A stretch of DNA of 63,593 nt, the filler included, from Octopus bimaculoides (taxonomy: Eukaryota): assembly GCF_001194135.2 (NCBI RefSeq). It is 5 parts of 5 records of this genome, joined end to end, with 100 filler letters (N's around TTAATTAATTAA, not from the genome) between each part and the next. Parts side by side here need not be neighbours in the genome. Positions count along the whole stretch, not along the records: positions 1 to 27,717 come from NC_068981.1; 4 more parts are not named here. One strand, written 5' to 3'. Positions 1-11,690 of the stretch are shown piece after piece. Below the pieces are notes generated by a model. That model saw nothing but the letters and a program-made list of their open reading frames with translations. It had not been told where the DNA came from and made no database searches. A program made the translations under genes and the position numbers. Position 1 is the first letter of the stretch; each line of letters begins with the position of its first letter.

Positions 1-89
1 CTTTAAATCATCCATGTAAATGAGATGATTTATATTTTTATCAAATATTTTATAACCATACTGTGCATCATTGAGCAATTTTGAGAGCG

Positions 90-90
<1 letters not shown>

Positions 91-187
<97 letters not shown>

Positions 188-795
188 ATATTTGACATTT
201 GCTTGTAATTGTACAAGTTGACTGCAAGTCTCACCCAGAGATGTCAAGAGAAAACAAGTTAGAAGTTCATGTGTGTGTTATGAATAGGGTGCCATATATC
301 TGGTTTCGCCCAAAGTATGGTTCCAGAGAGTGATTCAGAAAACAAGAAAATTATAAGCTTGTTTCAAAATTTGAGACTACATAGACAATATTTGTTGTAG
401 GATATGGGGAGTTCTCATCAGCATTATTGTTTCTTTTTTTAAATTTCTACCATTTTTGGATTTTCTGGTATCTGACCTAAGTAGTAATGAATCACTTTTG
501 CTATCATTTCTAGTCTACTCAGGCTATCAATAAGCTTTTCTGTCGTTTGTGACCATCTTCGAGGACCATCTTATTGAGTAGTAGCTGATCTTTACAATAA
601 AAGGGCCCACGTTTAGTTCTTTTTTGCTCATCAGGATATATCCCACTTTATATTAAAATGCTAAAGGTGTATTCAGTCAAGACAGATGTTAGTATTTTAT
701 AAATTGTTGTGAAGCAGGTTATGGGTCGATAATTTTTGGTTCATTTGTTCCTTTATTTTTTGGAAGTAGGAGTGTAGCACCATTATCTAGCCAAA
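91..795 (-). mobile_element. Degenerate, internally deleted R4/Dong-like (RLE-type) non-LTR retrotransposon with (TAA)n tail
   Basis: Minus-strand translation of ~490-790 gives RT motifs TLLLPKNKGTNEPK/YRPITCFTTIYKILTSVL/EQK..KDQLLLNKMVLED with stops and frameshifts; ~380-430 gives the C-terminal MRTPHILQQILSM* motif; a 3' UTR is followed by (ATT)n at 91-190, i.e. a (TAA)n tail on minus. Confidence 0.75.
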
Positions 796-1702
796 AGAGA
801 ATTGTATTATGCCAAACCCATGATCTCCAAATACCTGATCCACCGGAACTCACCTATCGCGGACTATGCCAGATTCACTATATTGATGGCAGACTCGTCA
901 GAGTAATGCGAAATGTGTCCCGCATGTGCGACCATACATAGTTAAAGAGACATATACAACATTTCAGGCACCGCATGCAGTTCTCAGGTTACAGCCAGAA
1001 AGAAAGTATCAGAGTATACAAAGTAGCTATGAGAAAATTTGAAACTATCATACGTAACGATAGGAATGGAATTTGCCCACTCTATAGGAGCAAATCATGG
1101 AACACCATTGAAAGGACTAAGAAGAAAATAGGGAAGGCCAACTCATTGTATGATAGCCACAAATACTAGAGTGTCATGTTCGTCGACACCACCCCTAGAT
1201 GCGAACTGGCGTACCGCTTTAGAAGGGCCCTAGACAAACACAGGCTAAGAATTAAGGTTGTTAAAAGGCCGGGCAACCCTATCAAATCCCTAATCGGTAG
1301 AACGTACCCTTTTAGTAGAACCCGCTGTACTGATAGGAACTGTACTGTATGTAGATTTAGCCCACAGATAAACTGTAAAGACAGAAACGTAGTCTATAGT
1401 ATAAGATGTAAAGAGGGACGATGCAGTGACATGACTACAACATACGTAGGTGAAACGGCACGGAGCATAGGAGAGGGGATAAATGAACATTTGATGAAAC
1501 TTAAGGAAGGGAAGAGCTCATCAGTTCTTACCAGCATGCCGAGCAGGAACACGGAGGCTCACTCAACAACATAGAAGTTAAAATCGTGTCCACACATAGA
1601 ACAGACGCAACGCTTAGACAAATTACAGAAGCTACGCACATAATAGAAGATAAACCTAGCCTGAATAGGAAACTGGAATGGAACACTAGCACACACCCCT
1701 AA
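790..1702 (+). mobile_element. 5'-truncated Penelope-like element (RT thumb, Cys-rich linker, GIY-YIG endonuclease), pseudogenised
   Basis: YYAKPMISKYLIHRNS (RT thumb), PLYRSKSW, SVMFVDTTP, linker CTDRNCTVC, GIY-YIG-type VVYSIRC..YVGETARS..INEH, then frameshifted YQHAEQEH..LRQITEATHI..KPSLNRKLEW ending at TAA 1700-1702. A Cys-rich linker between RT and endonuclease is typical of Neptune-type PLEs. Confidence 0.8.
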
Positions 1703-2094
1703 CACACCACAATATATGACAGAATAAGATCCCCATAAGCTGATAGCAATATGAACAAAATATAATGCAATACACAGATGAACAAATGGAAATTAAATAA
1801 CTATGTATGTTAACAAAATTAAATTAAATTAAATACAAAAAAAGAAAGAAAAGGAAAAATAAGTAGGCATAAACACATGAACAAATAAATATAAACAAAT
1901 TAAGTGAACGTGTATGAACAGGGGATACAGATAATACATGCACCCCCCATACACACACACACTTATTAAACATAGACACACATAGAGGTATACGTAAGCG
2001 CAAATAAAGACACATACGAGAAGGAATACAAAATACAAAATGCCTCATCGCTAGTAAGGAAAGACACACAAATAAAAAAGAAGAAAGCAAAGGA

Positions 2095-2160
2095 CTTCTA
2101 ATGAGGTCACAGAAGCGTCACGAAAGATCTCTGGCCGAAATGCGATTAACGCATAAAAAA
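2095..2160 (+). ncRNA. Hammerhead-ribozyme-like motif with mutated core, in the PLE 3' region
   Basis: CTAATGA 2098-2104 (G5->A relative to CUGANGA); stem II GGTCA.AGA/TCT.TGGCC; GAAA 2137-2140; stem III ATGCG-attaa-CGCAT; cleavage-type triplet ATA 2153-2155; stem I weak. Confidence 0.55.
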
Positions 2161-2284
2161 GCTTAAGCAAATGAACACCAAATATATAGTGCGTGTGATC
2201 TTATTGACTAAACTGACAACACGACCATCCCTGAATACAACAATATATGTTTCAACACACGATTTCACATCAATGATCTTTCAA

Positions 2285-2321
<37 letters not shown>

Positions 2322-2359
2322 ATGTATATATGCATATATATATATACATATATATAGAT

Positions 2360-3915
2360 CAGGTGCACCAGCAACATTGTCCAAATTTTTGATCAAAAAT
2401 CGAACCTTTGTATCTCATGAACGCTGAAATATAACTTTATGTAATTATCAGATGTTTTTTTCTAACGCTATTGTACTATACTTTGAGTATGAACAATTCT
2501 TATTACACTCCAGTCTTACCAGACGAATCGTGATGAAGTTGATTTTGGACGAAAGTCAGATTTTCATCAATAATTAAACATTGCGCTGGACTGGGAGTTC
2601 ATAATTGATTGGAATAAACTTTGAATGGAAGTTTAAAGTTTTATTTCAAAGTAGCAGAGACAATATTGGCTGAAATTCTATATGTTAGGCATCAAAAATT
2701 GCTTCACTTTCGGTAATGATTTCCTGAACACTCTTCCTGGCTGGACTACAAGTTTTCTAAATGAATTCTTCATCAATGTTTTTTTCCCACGAATGTACCT
2801 TTTGAGAGCTTGTAGATTACTTCGGGATTCTCATAAGCTTTTCTGACCCTTTCATTCCAGATGCTGAAGGCTAAATGGCTCGAATCAAGTGAGAAATGAG
2901 GGCAGGAGTCCTTATCCCGAAATCAGTTGTGAAATTCATCTCTGAGAAATTTTTGAGCCACTGCATTTGAGGGAATAGGCGTTCCATCTTGCTGCAATGT
3001 AATATTGAAGTCATTAGCGATCTTTTTGGGGTTCCTTCGTCTCTAGGCTCAGTATATTCTGAAGGAATCCCGGTTTTTACATCTTTCAAAATTTCAACAT
3101 AATCTCTCAGTCTCTCACTCTTCTCACGCTTGATCTTCCTGAAATCGGAGTACACGCAGATGAAAATCATCACCTTGGCAAGGTTTTAGAACATGAAATT
3201 AATATTTTTGGCTCATTCTGCTGCGCCAGTTTGTGTGCATATCTTGGGTGAAGTTCTCATGTGTGTAAAAGATCACTCCAGGATAAATTTGCTTTCGATC
3301 CAGATAATCTTTGCCTTAGCCAACTTTCTGACCGTTTATCCCAGGGTTACAAGATGCCTCACAGGTCTCATATAGCATTTCATTTTCAAGTCCTCTGCCA
3401 CCGCTTTTTGAACTGTCATTGTTGAGACTCCTCACTCATCATATCACGTGCCAAGCATCTTATTGATTGAGTTGGATCTATTCTGATTGATCACGTCATC
3501 TCCAGACTGAAATGATGATATCACTTGCGGTTACGACCTCCTTATCCAGCTTCCAATTCCACTACTCCCTCTTTCTCAAACTTATTCACAAATGTTTAGA
3601 TGGTTCTTGAATAGACTTTGAAGATCGAATCCAGAGAAAGAATGTTAGCGTCATTACAGAAGTACTGGATGGTCTTAGCCTTCTCAGCATTACCCAGTTG
3701 GGAAACGATGTTGAGGCTGTTATAAAATGATTTCAAACTGCTCTTTGCATAGCTATATATTTCAATGGCTATGTCATTGATTCTTACAAAGAATGGTGTT
3801 AGTATAGCAAGTCGTCTTATCTGGAAAACATGAAAATTGCAAATCGATTAGTTAATTGGTTTTTAGAAGTTTTAAAAAATTTGTGAGTGCGATAATTTTG
3901 CTGGTACACGAAGTA
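2360..3915 (-). mobile_element. IS630-Tc1-mariner DNA transposon remnant (maT/DD37D-like), transposase pseudogene
   Basis: Imperfect TIRs 2363-2381 and 3891-3909 (16/19). Minus-strand relic motifs include AKVMIFICV and ITLQQDGTP..KFLRDEF..CPHFSLDSSHLAFSIW, with many stops and frameshifts. Confidence 0.7.
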
Positions 3916-6900
3916 TTAGTGTGTATATGTGTGTGTATCTGTGTTGTGTGTGCGCACATACGTGTGTGTCTGTGTATATCTCCCATGTGTGCATATATAT
4001 ATATATATATATANNNNNNNNNNNNNNNNNNNNNNNNNNNNNNNNNNNNNNNNNNNNNNNNNNNNNNNNNNNNNNNNNNNNNNNNNNNNNNNNNNNNNNN
4101 NNNNNNNNNNNNCGCATATATACAAGTATGTATATATAGATCGGTATACAAACTCATATATATATATATTTATATGGGTGTTTGTGAGTGTGTGATTGTG
4201 TGTGTATGTATGTATATGCATGTGTATGTGTTTTATATACATATTACTTTGTAACATCTAGGTTAGCGGGAAATTGTTTTGTCACCTACCAACTTATTCT
4301 TGAGTTGTTTTAGATAATTTGCAATACACAGTGAAATTCATTTAATTTCCGTTAAATAAGATTGAAAGGGTTCTTGCGCAGGAAGTAACTTCGTAAAATT
4401 TCATGTTGAGAAAATAATAACATAATATTACAAATGTAATACTTCAAGGAATCTTAAGATCAATTTTGGGCAAAACAATTCCCACTACAACCATAAATGT
4501 TATCTGTTGCCTCTAGTTTATTATATATGTTTCATTAGTTATTCAAAAATTGATTGAACGCTGCTAATAGGTAACAATATGTACGCAACATGCAATTTTT
4601 TTTTCTTTATAAGTTGTTATTTAACGAAAAGCCAATGTAACTTATTCTTACTCTGGACGCCTTTTTGTCAAACATGCATTGCTGAAAGAATGTGTAACAA
4701 CGTAATGTTGAAAATCACCTCCACATTTTGTACTGATATTTTATTTTTCCTTCCACAGCTAACGTTATTTTTTTATGTTTTCATATACGATTAACTCTAC
4801 TATTTTCTATTTAACTGAAGAATAATCACAAACGTGTATCGAAATCGTTATTCTCTAAGTACGTTAAACGTTAAAGTTATATTATTACTGCATCAATGAT
4901 AATATATTTAGAAAAGCACACACTATTATTATGTCTGATGATCCAAGTGTGAATGTCTCCATAAAGCGTTAAGCAACACTTAACAAGCGATCGGTCTTAA
5001 CTCTAACCTCGTTAAATATCACATTAACCATCATTGTTACATACAATGACTGTACAAATGTCGTGAGGTTGCTATGCAGATAAAACTATTGCAACCAAAG
5101 AGAAAGCATTGCTTCTTATCTCTCTCACTGAAATACGGTTTCTTTGCTATCACCAATTAGATTATTTAGATTCCATAATCTGATTATAAAAGAAGAATTA
5201 AGATATAAATTGTCACTGTATATTTAGTGATTCAGTTGACGCAGACTGAATCTGAAGAGATTGATACTGTTTACAGTTTTTGCTGTTATAAACCAGCAGG
5301 ATTTCTGTTTTGTTTTTAAACATGTATTGTAATTGTAGAATTATTTTCAGTTTTCCTGTTTGCTCAGTGTAACGAATAATATACGTAGTCTAGTCCTATA
5401 TTTAGGTTAATCCTATTTTCTGTATGCTATATCAGTGTTAAAGAATATGCGTAAGCTGGAAACAATCATTGTACATGTATCCTGCTTTTGTCAATATTTT
5501 GAGGTTACCAGGTTGAATTCATGCTTCTTGTTTGTATATATGGAATGGGTGACAAGAAGAACTATACCTGTGTTAATACTTCCTTTTATTGTTTACAAGT
5601 CGTAATTGTGGTATATACAATTCTTTGAGCATCACAACTATTGCAATAACATCAACAACAATAGCCAAAAATCCATAGTAACTACAATAACAAACTTTCT
5701 ATCATAGTCCTATTAATAGATAGAACATGTCAATATTGATGCAATTCATTACAATGGCCTGTTTGAAATTAAGGGCCTCTTCCGTGTTTCTATTGTTTCA
5801 TTGATTTATTACATATGTTGAGCTGCGGAAACTGTTTACCGTGATCTGTGACATCTGATGCTGCCTAATTTTCTTCTTTTCTTTCCACTTTCTACATTGC
5901 CCTCATGACTGTATAATCTTTCACGACCGGTAAAGACTTTGTTACTGATTAATCTCTATGTGTTCTAACACATCTTCACATGAGGTTTTTTTAATTCTGA
6001 TTCTAGTATGCTACACATAATTGTAGAACGTATATCAATCAACGTCTCGTTTATTTAAAAGAGGTATGTTTTATTTTGGTAAACATGTGTAATATGTACA
6101 CAAATATCAAAATACTAAATCACATCTATAGTTAATCATTAGAATTATTATTTGAAGTTTTATTTATGTTCAAAATTCCATGACGTTATTCCGTTTCTTA
6201 TTTTCGCGGATATATAGGCATAAATTGCAAGAATATTTCCGAAATGTATTTTTCAATTATTATAATATGTCACCAATAAGATTAATACTAATTGGTATAT
6301 ACACACTTCGGTATACCACAACTCTTTCTCTTTCGGACTAAAAGGCTGATTCTACTTTGTGTAATTTTTCAGATTTGATTCAGAAATTACGTAGAAATAT
6401 TCATTTACAATTCTTCAATATTTTTTTTCTTAAAATTATTGTTCAAATTCTATTCATGTTAATATAGTTGGCAGGGATGCTATCCTAAGATTGATTGCCA
6501 AGTATCTTCAGGTATGAAAAATATTTCAGAGGAAATTATTGTACTCTAGTATTGTATGATACGCTTCTGCAGGTCAATAATATGTGTTTCAATGCCAATA
6601 TCCTTTAATATCTAAAGAAGCAAGTATATTATCTGTATATAAATATGCTAAGGTCGAATATGTGATATTGTCATGTATAAGGGAACTGCAAAGGGAGAGA
6701 GACAAAGAAAACAAGTGAGAGAGAGACAGAAAGAGAAAGAGAGGTGGTTAACAGTGAAAGTACGCAGAAAATGATTAGGATCCAGGTGAATAAGGCACTT
6801 AAATTGTAAGGCAGCGGGTCGGATCAAAATTGAAATGCATAAACAGCAACTATAGGGGAATCCAAACGTATTCTTCGGTCGGTGTCAAAACAAAAATATA

Positions 6901-7679
6901 AAATATAGCTGTACATTCACGTTAGAAACTAATACTTTTATTTGTATCGGATAAGTTAACCTAAGGAATCGCACCATCATTTCTCTTCCTTTAAACTTAG
7001 ACATAAAGCTAATAGCACGTCATTATACATGAAGGTTTGGGAACGCAAAGATAATAATATTAAATTCACCATAATATGGAATATAATTTCTAGAGCTCAA
7101 CGGCATTCGAATAGCTGATATGGGTGCGGACTGTGCTGTATGAAGCTGTATGAAATATATAAATATAGGAATAAGAGTAATTTAATTAATAATAAATTAG
7201 ATCTGAAATGTTCATGCGTTCATAAAATTAATTGTGCTTTTTAATATTCTAAAAGCATTACTTAATCAGCTACCCCAAGTTTCTCTAATATGACAAAATC
7301 CATACTTTCGCTTCATTTCATATCTGAGTCTGTGTAGTAGAATTACCTACCTGGTTATCTAGTGTTATCACCTAATCTCCTAGTCCCAACATATTTTTCG
7401 TTTAGTTAATTGTACCTTGATTGGTTTCATATACCTTTTACAACTATTGTATGCTCTGGGCAATTGATACTAGAACTTGTCTATTATGTAACACATCACC
7501 CAACCCTATTGCCATATTACCATAGCTTTATTACTATATATCATTTTTTTTATTAATTACACTTAATAGTGTTTGGTGTTGGTATCTTATCATACCCATA
7601 GATTTCTAATTACTCCTATATTAACTTAGGTAGAGCTATATCTACATGCAGGTTCTATACCCGCTACGAGGTGACTGGT

Positions 7680-8056
7680 GGAGGCGCAATGGCCCAGTGG
7701 TTAGGGCAGCCGACTCACGGTCATACGATCGCGGTTTCGATTCCCAGACCGGGCGTTGTGAGTGTTTATTGAGCGAAAACACTTAAAGCTCCACGAGGCT
7801 CCGGCAGGGGATGGTGGCCAACCCTGCTGTACTCTTTCCCCACAACTTTCTCTCACTCTTACTTCCTGTTTCTGCTGTGCCTGTAATTCAAAGGGTCAGC
7901 CTTGTCACACTGTTTCACGCTGAATGTCCCCGAGAACTACGTTAAAGTTACACTTGTCTGTGGAGTGCTCAGCCACTTGCACGTTAATTTCACCAGCAGG
8001 CTGTTCCGTTGATCGGATCAACTGGAACCCTCGTCGTCGTAAGCGACGGAGTGCCA
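7680..8056 (+). mobile_element. tRNA-derived SINE (family A), near full length
   Basis: Head GGAGGCGCAATGGCCCAGTGG (A box) and GGTTTCGATTCCC (B box); 3' end CTCGTCGTCGTAAGCGACGGAGTGCC; a homologous partial copy lies inverted at ~11545-11690. Confidence 0.75.
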
Positions 8057-8880
8057 GTGCCAACAATGAGGTGACTAATAAGGATCTGGTTTATCTCGTT
8101 GCATTACATAATATGAAACCTTGTAATTCCTCATTGAAATATTATATATTTTTTAATATTACTGTAGTATGTTAATAATACTACTTTTGTTTTTTTTTTT
8201 ACTTTTGCCATAACCAATGAGTACATTTATAATAATATTTTTCAGATACATCTTCATATATATAACGGTTTCTCTCTATGCCTGACTATTTATAATCTAT
8301 AAGATATTAATTTTTCGTGTTTTATTCGTTTCCTATTTAATTATTTGTGACTTGTATATTATATTGCCCTACTGTTCAAGGATTATTTTAATATCAATAA
8401 TCTTACACACCAAATATAAATTTCTCTTGCAACGCTACTGGAACGAGTAATAGTGTATTATTTCTTTAATCTTAATTCCATTGCATTATTTGTGGCATTT
8501 CTTTACTTACCATTAAAAATACCTTACCCCTAAATTATTATTATTGTATATTTTGCCGGGTTTATACAATTTTTACCAATTCCATTTTCACTCTTATCCA
8601 AATTACTTTATTACAACGCCCCTCATTTTATTACAACCCCCACTTTCTACTTTATTTTTTACCTAATATAGCTGCTTTTCTGGTTCGCGTACTCAGCTGC
8701 AGCAAACAGTGTTTAACAATGATATAATGGATCCATTGGTCAATAAACAAAACTCGTCAGAAACAGCTGCAATGATGTCAGGTAAGGCTATGCAAGATTA
8801 TTTCCCTCTATACTCCCTATATCTCTTCCTTTCCCAAATAACGTCTTATATTGAACTCTACTATTTTCAACTATTTAACT

Positions 8881-8928
8881 CTCTCTGATGACGGGATGTC
8901 CTTCGCATCCTTGAAACAACAGGAAGAC
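8881..8928 (+). ncRNA. Decayed minimal hammerhead-ribozyme-like motif in a probable PLE terminal-repeat relic
   Basis: CTGATGA 8885-8891, stem II GGGATG/CATCCT, GAAA 8913-8916, stem I TCT/AGA; stem III and the NUH site are destroyed (ACAACAGG). Confidence 0.4.
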
Positions 8929-10757
8929 GACCTTTCTCTTTATCATCCTTCTCTACTCTACGTTTGCCCGACCCCACCTTGAGTACTGTTGCCCACTGTG
9001 ATTCCCGCTTCGAAGCCACTCATTATGAAAGTAGAAGCACTCCAGAGCTTAATGACCAGAAAGATAGACGGTATGAGATGCATTTATTATTGGGGTCAAA
9101 TAGAAAATACTCAATGTCTACACCATCTCCAAAGCCACCGGGAGCGCTACATCATTTGTGTTATGTGGAAAATATTCTATCAATATTGCACATCCAAGAC
9201 TTAACTTCCGTGCTATCCACCCACTACAAAAATCGAATTTGGTACACATAACAACATTACGTCACAATTACTTTACCTCAGTAAAGTAGTTACTCTGCCA
9301 GCTCTCTTTAATACCATACCAAAATACGTCAAAACGCAATATGGTATTGTAATTATATCCAATGCATTGTATCTTATATAATATAGTGAAATAATACTGG
9401 AAAACAAATTTATGATTATATAAATTTAGAAAAAGTGTATGTATGTGCATGCAAACACTGGCAAACGTTTTCTGATTTTTCATTTCAGAGATTGTGTTTA
9501 GAAAATATGGTATGGTACGTTTCATCTAGGCAGGGCGAACATGTCTTGACTTGTGGTTTATAGGGAAGAGCATTATTTATAACTTTCCATCAGGTTTTAT
9601 AGGTTTTATTATTCTCTTTAAGTTTCGAGATAAATTTACTAAGTCATGTGTTACAACATATATTAATATTTCGAAATGAGATATCATGGTTCGCGATACG
9701 ACATTTCACGTACGACTCTCTTGGTCCAAGATAATAGAAATGTTTACATTTAAAAAAAATTTTAACAAAGCCTTCAAATATGTTATTTCAAGACCAGGAA
9801 ATATACTTAATTTTTCCTGAAGATACCCGACAATATATGGTTTACAACATCTAAACAGGTTTGAATGTTGATGATTGAAACATGCTATTGGATTGTAACA
9901 TGTGTAGGAAATTTTGGGGATGTTTGTTGGTTGATTTATTAATCCGGTTTCTTTTAGGTATCTCTTTATCTTTGCATTACATTTTCCATTGTGATACAAA
10001 TAAAATGAACCAGGCATCTAGTATATTTTTTATTCTCCATATTCTTTTATTAAATTTTTATATATATATATATATAAATATACACAAGAATAAGGGCAGG
10101 GAATCGTCAATTAGTAATAGAATTAATAATTAACAATTTTGCCAAGTAGTTCAGCATGAAAAAACCTTTATCGGTAAAACCATTTATCATCATAAATATA
10201 CAGGGATTAGCTTGAGTTGCTTCTCCAACATACTGAAAATTTAGAAATAGCNNNNNNNNNNNNNNNNNNNNNNNNNNNNNNNNNNNNNNNNNNNNNNNNN
10301 NNNNNNNNNNNNNNNNNNNNNNNNNNNNNNNNNNNNNNNNNNNNNNNNNNNNNNNNNNNNNNNNNNNNNNNNNNNNNNNNNNNNNNNNNNNNNNNNNNNN
10401 NNNNNNNNNNNNNNNNNNNNNNNNNNNNNNNNNNNNNNNNNNNNNNNNNNNNNNNNNNNNNNNNNNNNNNNNNNNNNNNNNNNNNNNNNNNNNNNNNNNN
10501 NNNNNNNNNNNNNNNNNNNNNNNNNNNNNNNNNNNNNNNNNNNNNNNNNNNNNNNNNNNNNNNNNNNNNNNNNNNNNNNNNNNNNNNNNNNNNNNNNNNN
10601 NNNNNNNNNNNNNNNNNNNNNNNNNNNNNNNNNNNNNNNNNNNNNNNNNNNNNNNNNNNNNNNNNNNNNNNNNNNNNNNNNNNNNNNNNNNNNNNNNNNN
10701 NNNNNNNNNNNNNNNNNNNNNNNNNNNNNNNNNNNNNNNNNNNNNNNNNNNNNNNNN

Positions 10758-10792
<35 letters not shown>

Positions 10793-11240
10793 TATACACT
10801 TACGGTTATATGGGTGTGTGTATATGTATATATACACAGATGTAAATATGGAGAGAGAGAGAGATATAGAGAGACACGTTAAGTTGCTGAGATCATTGCG
10901 TCAACGTATGTATTTAGCCTCGAAGATATACGGGCGGATAGACGGCTGAAGGATGGATGTATAGATATATTAATAGATAATAAAATTAAATTTCCTTAGC
11001 TAATAGCTGTGGATGTTGCACACTTATGTTTACGTGTTCTCATCCAAAGTCTGTGGCCATGCCATGAGACTGCCATTGTTCATTTTCTATATGTTATTAT
11101 GCTAATGCTTCACTTTATCGTTTATGTTAACTGATACATACATCTACCGAAGAAGTAACTATCATAGATAAATAAATAGACATGCCAGCATGTATGCGTA
11201 AATGCATTCATGGATTCATGCATGTGTGCAAGTATGTATG

Positions 11241-11322
11241 GGGTAGGTAGGTAGGTAGGTAGGTAGGTAGGTAGGTAGGTATCTAGGCAGGTAGGTAGGT
11301 AGGTAGGTAGGTAGGTAGGTAG
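11241..11322. repeat. (GGTA)n microsatellite
   Basis: Direct inspection. Confidence 0.95.
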
Positions 11323-11544
11323 GAAGAGAGCTAAGAAGGCTAGTACATTGTTAAGTTGGTAGGTCGGTAAATCTGCAGATATGTCAGTAAGTATACAAAT
11401 AGATATATAGATAGACAGCCACGAGATTTGTGGCATATTCTGCTGCCTTAGCATATAGTTCAGCACGTGAATGTAGTTATGTAGGATATCACTTTGTGTT
11501 CATTGGAGATCTGTTTAGTTGATCGTGTTCTTATTTTATCGTAA

Positions 11545-11690
11545 GGAGCACTCCGTCGGTTACGACGACGAGGGTCCCAGCTGATACGATCAACAGAACA
11601 GCCTGCTTGGGAAATTAGCGTGCAAGTGACTGAGCAATCTACAGACACGTGTACCCCTAAAGTAGTTCTCATGGAGACTCAGCGTGACAC
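11545..11690 (-). mobile_element. Partial SINE family A (3' part)
   Basis: Reverse complement matches 7915-8056 (CTCGTCGTCGTAACCGACGGAGTGC). Confidence 0.7.

Noticed and set aside
6466-6509. Possible 44-nt plus-strand exon (GRDAILRLIAKYLQ)
   Set aside because: Weak acceptor, no partner exons and no recognisable homology.
7680-7755. A/B-box sequences as tRNA genes (also SINE heads at 42370, 49165, 53870, 59885)
   Set aside because: They have no complete cloverleaf and run on into SINE bodies repeated across the window.
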